Part shown: in pieces, positions 1-7,358 of the stretch
How positions within the stretch are numbered: position 1 is the first letter of the stretch
Layout: every line of letters begins with the position of its first letter
Source of the DNA: a virus
Lineage: Duplodnaviria; Caudoviricetes
Strand: one strand, 5' to 3'
Virus record (IMG/VR): IMGVR_UViG_3300044217_004639
Span: 1 to 25,274 of that record
Length of the DNA: 25,274 bases
Notes under the pieces: generated by a model
What the model was told of the DNA's origin: nothing
What the model saw: only the letters and a program-made list of their open reading frames with translations
Databases searched by the model: none
Program-made: the position numbers and the translations under genes

Positions 1-105
1 AGAATTGTGAATACAACACGGAGCATTAAATGATATCCATCCGGAAGGAGTTTTCTTACGAGCAGTAGGCAACGATGTCAGGATAGTCGACTGGATCAGG
101 TTCAT
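1..105 (-). CDS. 5' part of putative DNA primase (N-terminal Zn-binding region); runs off the left edge
   Basis: Not in the ORF track. Manual translation from ATG at 105: MNLIQSTILTSLPTARKKTPSGWISFNAPCCIHNS. The GWISFNAPCC segment resembles the N-terminus of primase-like proteins of large phages. A sigma70-like promoter lies directly upstream. Confidence 0.6.
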   Translation of the reverse strand, partial: MNLIQSTILTSLPTARKKTPSGWISFNAPCCIHNS

Positions 106-112
106 ACATTAT

Positions 113-141
113 AGTTTACGCTCTATAAAGTACTTTGTCAA
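113..141 (-). promoter_or_regulatory. sigma70-like promoter for the primase-like gene
   Basis: Minus strand TTGACA (141-136), 17-nt spacer, TAAACT (118-113), then 7 nt to the ATG at 105. Embedded in the 3' end of the upstream gene. Confidence 0.6.
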
Positions 142-919
142 TCTTTCCTGTGGTTGAGTCCGGGTTATTGCCCCAAATAAATCTTACGTTCTGGTAAACT
201 CCAGTGAAGGTAAAATAGCTTAAAGTTGAACTAGCTGAAAATGAAATAGTGCCGCCAGACTGTCCATCAACAGTAATATCAAAGAAATCATCATCATCTG
301 GAGTACTAGCCATGGTGCCTTGTACTCTGAAACTACCTGTAAAAGATGTTTTGTACACAGCAATTGTGTGCAGAGCTTTATTGTTGTTCATTCCAGGTTT
401 TGCGTCAATTGCTCCAGACTTTCTTTCAAGTGGCCCACCAGTGGAAAAAGTTGAAACACTTGTGCTAGGAACAAACTCAGGATACGCTCCGTCTAGTAGT
501 TCGATTGTTCCTGCCGCTGCGTAGCCTGTATCTGAATATGTTACTTCACGGCTATTATCTGATTTAACTTCACGCACTGCAAAACTATAAAATTTAGCAT
601 CTAAGCCTAATAGATCAGCCTCGGTAATTGTGCAACTTGCATCACCTTTGGTACTTGTAGTTGATCCGTCATCTAAAATCGTGAGTGTTTTGGTGATTAC
701 GGATTTTTTGGACTCCGTGTCTATCATATTAAACTCATACGTTTTGGATGTTATATCCTGAGCCTTTTGATCCTCGTTCTTAAAAGTAAAATTAAGCGGA
801 TTATCGACTCCTCTATGTAGTGTTATACGTCTATTGTACACGTTTGAGTTCCTTCCGTGATAACCACTTACATAAGCAATTACCAGCTGTGATAGTAAAT
901 ACCTTGATACTGTTTGCAT
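116..919 (-). CDS. probable virion structural protein (beta-rich, baseplate/BppU-like N-terminus)
   Basis: 267 aa, rich in T/S/G/D, with alternating beta-strand patterns (LHRGVDNPLNFTFKNEDQK). Preceded by a perfect TATAAATA late-promoter motif. Confidence 0.55.
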   Translation of the reverse strand: MQTVSRYLLSQLVIAYVSGYHGRNSNVYNRRITLHRGVDNPLNFTFKNEDQKAQDITSKTYEFNMIDTESKKSVITKTLTILDDGSTTSTKGDASCTITEADLLGLDAKFYSFAVREVKSDNSREVTYSDTGYAAAGTIELLDGAYPEFVPSTSVSTFSTGGPLERKSGAIDAKPGMNNNKALHTIAVYKTSFTGSFRVQGTMASTPDDDDFFDITVDGQSGGTISFSASSTLSYFTFTGVYQNVRFIWGNNPDSTTGKIDKVLYRA

Positions 920-925
920 AATACA

Positions 926-943
926 TATTTAACAGTATTTATA
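926..943 (-). promoter_or_regulatory. T4-type late promoter(s)
   Basis: Minus strand TATAAATA at 943-936 is the exact T4 late consensus. A second TTAAATA at 932-926 sits 6 nt before the ATG at 919. Confidence 0.7.
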
Positions 944-951
944 GATAGAGC

Positions 952-1326
952 ATGAACGAAATTTTTAAAACACTGAGGGATAAATTTCCATTTTTGAGCC
1001 TGATTCGTAAGGGCGATTTGGAATTTGTTGGTATTGTGCAAAATCAAGATCAAAACGTGATTAGTTTTTACGATTACGGACGGTTATATTCGCCTCAGGA
1101 TAAAATGTATTTTTTAAAATGTGGCGAGACATGGTGGTACGAGTCAAATAGAAAATTACCAATTAACATATTTTTAAAAGGTGACTTTAGGTACTTTAGA
1201 TCAACTCTTATTACTTTAAACTCTAAAGATATATCAATTGTTGAAGGCCCTACAGTGAAGCTTTCTGAAATTTCAAAGAAACGGGTAAAGCGTAGAACAA
1301 TCCAACTTGTAAGAAAACCTACTTAA
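952..1326 (+). CDS. hypothetical phage protein
   Basis: 124-aa ATG ORF filling the space between minus-strand genes, with WWYESNRKLPINIFL and a basic C-terminus. Confidence 0.75.
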   Translation: MNEIFKTLRDKFPFLSLIRKGDLEFVGIVQNQDQNVISFYDYGRLYSPQDKMYFLKCGETWWYESNRKLPINIFLKGDFRYFRSTLITLNSKDISIVEGPTVKLSEISKKRVKRRTIQLVRKPT

Positions 1327-1453
1327 TTTCTTTTTTACCAATTAATTTTTCAAAGTATATTGTAAGAAAATTATTTCTTTGATAATGATTAAAATTGGAA
1401 ACTAGTCTGGATTTTTTTGGTTTTTTATTTTTCCGAGTTTTTTGACGTTGCAT
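1319..1453 (-). CDS. small basic hypothetical protein (44 aa)
   Basis: Below the ORF-track cut-off. MQRQKTRKNKKPKKSRLVSNFNHYQRNNFLTIYFEKLIGKKEIK* starts inside the end of the mini-DnaE gene and exactly fills the 1327-1424 gap. Confidence 0.5.
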   Translation of the reverse strand: MQRQKTRKNKKPKKSRLVSNFNHYQRNNFLTIYFEKLIGKKEIK

Positions 1454-2024
1454 CAAAACTATATTTACCTTCTGAAATCAAATTCATCTGGACAACTATT
1501 GCGTGAGCATATGCTATTGCGTGCGACTTCTTGAAAAAATAACTTCCATCTGCTGGTTTTCTCCATACATTAGTTTTTATATCATCCCAATTTTGTTTCA
1601 ACAGATACCTTTTCGCAGGTCTTATTATAGCAAGCACTGAAGCTAGTTGTTCTATAGTTTTTGGTTTTAATTTTGACACTATGTCAAAATGTCCATTCAA
1701 ATGAAATAATTCATCAACAATTTTTTTGTCTTCAAGCATATCCCAATCAGGCTCTTTGATCATTAGTTCTACAAGCTCTTGTTCGCTTGCTACGTGTTTG
1801 TATATGTTAACGTTCAACATATCAATTTTGAAATAGCCTCGGTCTTCAGCAACTTTATAATCTAATGACGAGTGACCTGTTACTGGATGCTGAGGCACAG
1901 AATGAAAGTATACTCCAGTCTTGTGTTTGTCAGTTTTATCTTCTTTGATAATTGTAGCGGGTGTGTGCTTAAATAATTTTAGCACTCCATCTCTATCAAA
2001 AAAATCAATATCTACGTCGGGCAT
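1425..2024 (-). CDS. minimal DNA polymerase III alpha (DnaE)-like catalytic-core protein
   Basis: DnaE motifs in the correct order: MPDVDIDF (PDxDxDF), HKTGVYF (HAAGV), YFKIDMLNV (KxDxLGL), LASVLAIIRP (ALxRP), YFFKKSHAIAYA (YxFNKSHAxAY). Only 199 aa. Confidence 0.85.
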   Translation of the reverse strand: MPDVDIDFFDRDGVLKLFKHTPATIIKEDKTDKHKTGVYFHSVPQHPVTGHSSLDYKVAEDRGYFKIDMLNVNIYKHVASEQELVELMIKEPDWDMLEDKKIVDELFHLNGHFDIVSKLKPKTIEQLASVLAIIRPAKRYLLKQNWDDIKTNVWRKPADGSYFFKKSHAIAYAHAIVVQMNLISEGKYSFDATSKNSEK

Positions 2025-2266
2025 TAGTGTATGCTACCTTTTCTTTGCTTGTCATAGTAATCAACAAATTCTTGTTTACTGCCAGGCTTTAGTATTTCTA
2101 TCATGTCTAATAATTTTTTATATCCGCCACTGTTTTGTACTTTGCTATTCATATCTGGTATACAAACTTTTCCAACCTCACCATCTGCTTTGATATGTAT
2201 TATGAAGTCACCTTCTTCAAGATCAAATTCTAGTTCTTCATTGCTTTCAAAATTTATTCTACTCAA
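2024..2266 (-). CDS. hypothetical protein (80 aa)
   Basis: Track ORF 2024..2290. The more likely start is TTG at 2266, with AGGAGG (2278-2273) 6 nt upstream. Its stop overlaps the mini-DnaE start (TAATG). Confidence 0.7.
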   Translation of the reverse strand: MSRINFESNEELEFDLEEGDFIIHIKADGEVGKVCIPDMNSKVQNSGGYKKLLDMIEILKPGSKQEFVDYYDKQRKGSIH

Positions 2267-2945
2267 TTTTTGCCTCCTTTGCTGTTTCAATTACAAACAG
2301 ATGATCAGCTGGATAGCTTTTAAATTTGTTAGCCCAAAATTCAGGACTTATAAATCTTTGTGTCATTTGTAATTGTTCGTCACTAAATGATTGTAACATT
2401 TTTTTCCCAGCCGGACAACCTAGCAATAGCCATGGAGAAATCTTTCCTTGTTGTATGTGTTGCACTGCTCTAGTGGTGTTGACTAATCTAAAGTAGTCTG
2501 ACCACTGTGCTTTTTGTTCGGCAGCCCAATCCATCATTGTGGCAATTGATCTTTGTAACGCAGACTCCACAGGTTCTACTTTCAATGTGTCAATAAGATA
2601 TGTTTCGTACAAACCGTCTCTTGCCCAGTGATCAAGTTTTATTTTTGATAGTATTACGTAATCTATATATTTTTCTGGATACAACGGATTTATATGCATC
2701 ATGAACCTGCCAAATTTTACAAACGCATTATAGTATGAACTCTTACAAAAATCATCGTATGTTTTTTCTTTTGTATTGTTTTGATGGATTTGATAGAATC
2801 GCTGAAAAACTAAAAAAGCATTCTGCACCCATTTTTCATTTTTTTGCAAGTGTCGACGTTTTGGTTCACACATGTGGACCTGTAGTGTTCGTTCACGTGT
2901 GAAAGTTTTGCCACAGAATGGACATTTATTTAGAGTTGATTCCAT
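2259..2945 (-). CDS. zinc-finger protein (N-terminal C2H2/C2HC-like finger) of the replication block
   Basis: CPFCGKTFTRERTLQVHMC fits C-x2-C-x3-F-x5-L-x2-H. The rest looks helical and its function is unknown. Confidence 0.75.
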   Translation of the reverse strand: MESTLNKCPFCGKTFTRERTLQVHMCEPKRRHLQKNEKWVQNAFLVFQRFYQIHQNNTKEKTYDDFCKSSYYNAFVKFGRFMMHINPLYPEKYIDYVILSKIKLDHWARDGLYETYLIDTLKVEPVESALQRSIATMMDWAAEQKAQWSDYFRLVNTTRAVQHIQQGKISPWLLLGCPAGKKMLQSFSDEQLQMTQRFISPEFWANKFKSYPADHLFVIETAKEAKIE

Positions 2946-3384
2946 GTGACTCCAATAACTCTTCTAGTTCTTTATCTGTTATAATTTTATCTAGTGTTTC
3001 AAGATCTGACTCTTTCATGTTTGGATATAGTTGCTGTAGCTGTTTCAAACTTTTATTTGGCACACGTTTCATAGGCTTTATCCAAGGATGAAACTGTTGC
3101 TTCAAAGCACCACACATAGAAGTGAGTATCCAACAAAGTTTTTTGTGTTTACCGGATAGCACAAATAAATTTTTATTCACACACTCATTGACCATTTCTA
3201 CGTAGTGTTCAATATAAAAACTATCCTTTGAAGATACACTTGATGCATATCTCATCAACATGTATGGTGAATATAATGATTTTTCGTGATCGTCAATACG
3301 GTCAAAGTAGTCTTTGTTTCGAAAGTCTACTGCCTTAAGACCATTCCTTAGTTCGAAAAATTTCCTTTTGCTTTTCTCTGTCAT
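2926..3384 (-). CDS. clamp loader small subunit (T4 gp62-like)
   Basis: 152 aa. YSPYMLMRYASS, QFHPWIK and a C-terminal helical 'LEELLESHG' pattern are typical of gp62-like subunits. Replication context. Confidence 0.65.
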   Translation of the reverse strand: MTEKSKRKFFELRNGLKAVDFRNKDYFDRIDDHEKSLYSPYMLMRYASSVSSKDSFYIEHYVEMVNECVNKNLFVLSGKHKKLCWILTSMCGALKQQFHPWIKPMKRVPNKSLKQLQQLYPNMKESDLETLDKIITDKELEELLESHGINSK

Positions 3385-3595
3385 ACTTTAGTCCAAACAT
3401 TGTACACTCTTTTGCTGTGGAAAAATAGAGTGTAAGTTTTTGATTTTTCATTTTTATTTCCGTAAATTTTATTTTTTCTTGTTTTATCCATTTAAAAAAA
3501 TTATCTGGCCAAAAACGATCAACCCAAACATATCCTTCTTTTATCTTCACAATAGGAGCCTGTATGCTAACGTGTTTTCTACCAGACCGAGCCAT
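3335..3595 (-). CDS. hypothetical protein
   Basis: 86-aa ATG ORF overlapping both neighbours in the co-oriented operon. Confidence 0.65.
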   Translation of the reverse strand: MARSGRKHVSIQAPIVKIKEGYVWVDRFWPDNFFKWIKQEKIKFTEIKMKNQKLTLYFSTAKECTMFGLKYDREKQKEIFRTKEWS

Positions 3596-4082
3596 AGTCC
3601 ACTTGTTCGCATTGTCTTGAAATGTCTTTTACAAAATATGCACAAACTGGTTTTGGCCCATCTGTTAAAGGCACAGCTAACATCTGGCCAGATTTAATTT
3701 TGGGGAAGTACCATTTCACCTCTGTGTATATGTCAACCACGTCAATGGGAAAGAAATCTGGCTTACTACTACTCAATGGGTTGAATGTGAATGCATCAAA
3801 TCCTCTGTCATTCAAACTTGTTATAGGCAAGACGTGCATTTCTGGCTGTCCTTGCTCGCCTATTAACATCTTCCAGTCCAATGGCATTTTAACTTTGAAT
3901 TTGCCAATTTCTAAAACTGCGGCCGGTGCATTAAAACTTTCTAAAAAAATTAAAGGAATGTAAAAGAAGTCAGGATTCTCTGGATCTGAATTATCTAAAA
4001 CTGCAAATCTTAATTTTTCGTCTACCCATTCTGGTATTTTTTCTAGTTGATATGTTTTATCATCAAGTGTTAGTATTTTCAT
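3579..4082 (-). CDS. hypothetical beta-rich protein, possibly a degenerate Hint-like fold
   Basis: 167-aa ATG ORF overlapping the helicase stop. The ORF call is solid; the fold is inference only (see findings). Confidence 0.7.
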   Translation of the reverse strand: MKILTLDDKTYQLEKIPEWVDEKLRFAVLDNSDPENPDFFYIPLIFLESFNAPAAVLEIGKFKVKMPLDWKMLIGEQGQPEMHVLPITSLNDRGFDAFTFNPLSSSKPDFFPIDVVDIYTEVKWYFPKIKSGQMLAVPLTDGPKPVCAYFVKDISRQCEQVDYGSVW

Positions 4083-5535
4083 ATAAATCTGTGTCTATCT
4101 TTTCTATATTATACGGATAATTTGCCTCTTTGTAAAACTTTTTTCTTTGTGTGAGATGCCTTCTAGCAAACTTACAAGCACTGGTGATATCCCATATACT
4201 CACTGAATCTTTGTCTTCGGCCTTACGTATGCCTCTACCAATTGATTGTATGACTCTCACAAAGCTTTTTCCTGGCTCTATAAGAACCAAATTGAAAATA
4301 CGAGGAATATTAATACCAACAGCGGCCACTCCATATGTGGCGATAATAACTTTAGTTTGAGCAGTAGATACTTCATCATAGTGTTCTTTCCTTTCCATGT
4401 TTTTGGTGGCGCCTCTTATAAAGACACTGTCCTTAATTTTCTTTTCTAATATTTCGCCTGCTGATATTCTATCAACAAGTATCAGTGTGTTTCCCGATGT
4501 GCTGATATCATTTATTGTTTGAGCTACCCAACTCATACGTTTAGGATCAGTTGTTAGCCATTTTAGTTCTTCGGCATAGCTTCTAAACTCTAATATATCG
4601 TTTGTCTGTAATACATTGACATGACAGTTAGCTAATACTCCTTTGTCCTGTAGTTCTTTGGCAGGTATTTTGTTCGTCACTTCACCTATTGATACTTTGA
4701 TACCCATGTATTCATAATCTTGTTTTGGAACTGTGCCTGTAAGTCCCCAACGTATTTGACAATGTGCAAACGGCCCAGTCAACATCCTTTTAAGTACATC
4801 TGCCTTAGCCATGTGTACTTCGTCAACTATTACAGTGTTTATGCCTTGGATAAATTCTTTAAAGTCTGTGCTGTGTTCGTCCTTTGATCTTTTTTCTAGC
4901 ACATTTAAACTTTGCCAAGTTGCAATTGTATTGTATCGACCTATCTCTTTTCTATCTCCATAATAGACTCCTGTATCTAAATTACAAGTCAAAAAGTCTT
5001 CTTCTGTTTGTGTAACAAGACTTTTATTTGGCACGATGGTTAGTGTGCGACCGTAAGGCTCGACCAACTGGCACAGTGCCGCAGTAATAATGGTCTTACC
5101 TGCACCAGTGGCGATCTCTTGTATGCTTTGCGGATTTTCAATAAATTTATTGATTGTCTCCACTTGATAGTCTCGTAATTCAATGCCTTGTCCTGCACTA
5201 GGATGATTCTTTGGCCATTTTATATGTGCCAAATAATTTTTATCAATAGCTGTAAATTCAAGATCTTGTTTGGGGCGTTGATCAACTAGATCAACATATA
5301 CTCCACCGTCCTCTAAAATTGGCAAAATTTGATCTACAAGATACAAATATGTTGTGCCGCCAAGTCCAAAAAATGCTATCTTACCGTCCCACCGGCCAAG
5401 CTTTACAGCTGGTAGATGATAAGCATAAGGAACTTGATATTTAAATTTTTGATGTAAACGTTGCCGCCATTTGAGATCTAAATTCTCAAATTTAACATTT
5501 ACTTGATCTTTAATTACCAGTCTGCAACTGCTCAT
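4063..5535 (-). CDS. uvsW: UvsW-like superfamily 2 DNA helicase
   Basis: Q motif LRDYQ, Walker A ATGAGKT, DEVH, motif III GLTGT, GINIP, motif VI QSIGRGIR. 490 aa with an N-terminal WDGKI segment as in UvsW. Confidence 0.9.
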   Translation of the reverse strand: MSSCRLVIKDQVNVKFENLDLKWRQRLHQKFKYQVPYAYHLPAVKLGRWDGKIAFFGLGGTTYLYLVDQILPILEDGGVYVDLVDQRPKQDLEFTAIDKNYLAHIKWPKNHPSAGQGIELRDYQVETINKFIENPQSIQEIATGAGKTIITAALCQLVEPYGRTLTIVPNKSLVTQTEEDFLTCNLDTGVYYGDRKEIGRYNTIATWQSLNVLEKRSKDEHSTDFKEFIQGINTVIVDEVHMAKADVLKRMLTGPFAHCQIRWGLTGTVPKQDYEYMGIKVSIGEVTNKIPAKELQDKGVLANCHVNVLQTNDILEFRSYAEELKWLTTDPKRMSWVAQTINDISTSGNTLILVDRISAGEILEKKIKDSVFIRGATKNMERKEHYDEVSTAQTKVIIATYGVAAVGINIPRIFNLVLIEPGKSFVRVIQSIGRGIRKAEDKDSVSIWDITSACKFARRHLTQRKKFYKEANYPYNIEKIDTDLYENTNT

Positions 5536-6830
5536 AGTTTTACTATAACTTTATCTAACCAATCATAGTTTGAAGGTTGATGATCATTATAATACAACTT
5601 TTTTGGAAGATTATCAAGTAGTCTTTTTAGGTTATCTGTTCCGCTTACGTAATATCCACCACCTATTGCAGTTAATGAAGCTTTTGGTTTTATTTTAGAT
5701 TTTATTAATGTTCTTGGAATACGGTTACGAACAAAAATTACTTTTGTGTTTTGATCAATATATTTAAATTGTTTGCTTAATTGGCTTATGTCAAACCAAT
5801 CCTGAAATTCATCTTCTGCTATCATTTCTCTCCTCGGTTCTTTAATCTCAAAACCAAAACTTAAATTTTTTGTTGTGCTTATTCCATGTCGTTCGAAACA
5901 TTGTAACCATTCCATCCATTCCAACGCATCTTCTCGTGTCTGTATATCTCCAGATACCGGCATTAACAAAGGAAAACAATCAAGTTCATCAAGACCGTTG
6001 ATCAGTTGATCCTTACCATAAACTTTGGCATCTATCCATAATTTTTGATTATTCGAATGTGCGAGTTTTTTTCCAACTTCAGATATAGCATCAACGTTTA
6101 TCCCTTTTGTGTTAATCCCAAAATTTTTCAAGACATCAACTTGCTGTAATAATGTTTTATTTGCAATGTCATTGTTCCAGTGCTCAACTAGTGTATCTGG
6201 TGCATTTGCTAAAACAATTTTATCATTTACTAAATTTGCTGTCGTGCTTTTGTAATTTTTTTTCTCTGCTCTAATTTTTTCAAAGTCATCGATTAATGAT
6301 GTATCCACAAATTTAAAATTATATCTTACAGCAAGCAACGTCAAATAATAAGTCGTCACATCTGTTTGCAAAAATATCCATTTTTTTTGGTCTCCATCAT
6401 AGCTAGAATATCCTGTTGGTAAGCCTTTTTTGTCTTTCAATGTTCTGATTAAACTTATTAGTTTTTTATCATAGGGAAATTTTATTTCTATCTTTTCAAC
6501 TTCGTCTGTATCTGTAAATTTTTCTATGCTTTTTAAAAAATTGATAACTCTAAAAGGAGCATCATATTTTGGATTGTTAAGCAATTCTTTAATGTCCATG
6601 TTGTGTGCTTGGAATTTAGTCAGATATCTTTTCAGTATTACCAAAGCTAATTTTGCTTGTTTTTCTGTCCAGGCATATTGAGCTTCTGCAAGTGATCGAA
6701 CTGTTTGATTATCCTTTGGATGTGCGTTAATTTTGCTGTTTGGTGTTTTTGGGCCGTTATCCCAGAAATAATCATTATATGCTAATATTTTAAGGGCTTC
6801 GTTAATTGTTTTTGGTAATTCTGCCTGCAT
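5532..6830 (-). CDS. hypothetical protein with a HARP-like segment, coupled to the helicase
   Basis: Track ORF extends to 6872. The likely start is ATG 6830 (MQAELPK) with GGAG upstream, downstream of the promoter at 6864-6891. ATGA overlap with uvsW. Confidence 0.75.
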   Translation of the reverse strand: MQAELPKTINEALKILAYNDYFWDNGPKTPNSKINAHPKDNQTVRSLAEAQYAWTEKQAKLALVILKRYLTKFQAHNMDIKELLNNPKYDAPFRVINFLKSIEKFTDTDEVEKIEIKFPYDKKLISLIRTLKDKKGLPTGYSSYDGDQKKWIFLQTDVTTYYLTLLAVRYNFKFVDTSLIDDFEKIRAEKKNYKSTTANLVNDKIVLANAPDTLVEHWNNDIANKTLLQQVDVLKNFGINTKGINVDAISEVGKKLAHSNNQKLWIDAKVYGKDQLINGLDELDCFPLLMPVSGDIQTREDALEWMEWLQCFERHGISTTKNLSFGFEIKEPRREMIAEDEFQDWFDISQLSKQFKYIDQNTKVIFVRNRIPRTLIKSKIKPKASLTAIGGGYYVSGTDNLKRLLDNLPKKLYYNDHQPSNYDWLDKVIVKL

Positions 6831-6863
6831 TATGCTCCACTGATTTTTGATAATTACTAGTAT

Positions 6864-6891
6864 ATTATACACTAAACGGTAAATTTGTCAA
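6864..6891 (-). promoter_or_regulatory. sigma70-type early promoter of the replication operon
   Basis: Minus strand TTGACA (6891-6886), 16-nt spacer, TATAAT (6869-6864). Both hexamers are perfect consensus. Confidence 0.8.
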
Positions 6892-6893
6892 CT

Positions 6894-7358
6894 ATGGAAA
6901 AGCGTACACAAAACACACGTAAATCTTACAAAAGACAGCTTAAAAACAAACTGTCAGAAACAGCTGATTTGGCTTACTTCAAGCCCACAAATGCGATTGC
7001 AGTGTATTGGTTTAGAAGACTTAATCATCTGTTATTTAATGGTAAATTAGGACGTGTGCATATTGAAGTCAAAAAACTTCACCATGACTGGGGTAGATGT
7101 GTAGCTTTGTGGGATAATAGAAAAACTCCAAAAGGGAAATTTAATCAAAGAAAGATTCCGCATCATATACCAGTAACTTATTATATCCAGTTGCACGTAA
7201 AGTTTGACAGTTGGAAAGATTTCATTGAAACTTTAGCACATGAAATGGTACACTTGTACCAAATGACTATTGTCAAAGACCCTTATTCAAATCATAATAA
7301 ACACTTTTATGCGTTTACTAAAAAATTTATCAATGCTGGGCTGAAACTACATCGTTAA
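6894..7358 (+). CDS. SprT-like zinc metalloprotease
   Basis: TLAHEMVHLYQ (HExxH) with a downstream H in SNHNKHF, and FRRLNHLLFNGKL, typical of SprT. ATG at 6894. Confidence 0.85.
   Translation: MEKRTQNTRKSYKRQLKNKLSETADLAYFKPTNAIAVYWFRRLNHLLFNGKLGRVHIEVKKLHHDWGRCVALWDNRKTPKGKFNQRKIPHHIPVTYYIQLHVKFDSWKDFIETLAHEMVHLYQMTIVKDPYSNHNKHFYAFTKKFINAGLKLHR

Noticed and set aside
1425-2024. Mini-DnaE as half of a split-intein DnaE or as a pseudogene
   Set aside because: No intein-like sequence is fused at either end, the Y-x-F-x-K-S-H region where cyanobacterial DnaE is split is continuous, and the flanking ORFs show no DnaE motifs or frameshifted remains.
6831-6872. Longer N-termini given by the ORF track (starts at 6872, 2290, 22770, 24042)
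   Set aside because: They run through promoter elements or far into upstream genes. Starts at 6830, 2266, 22728 and 24003 fit SD, promoter or coupling evidence better.
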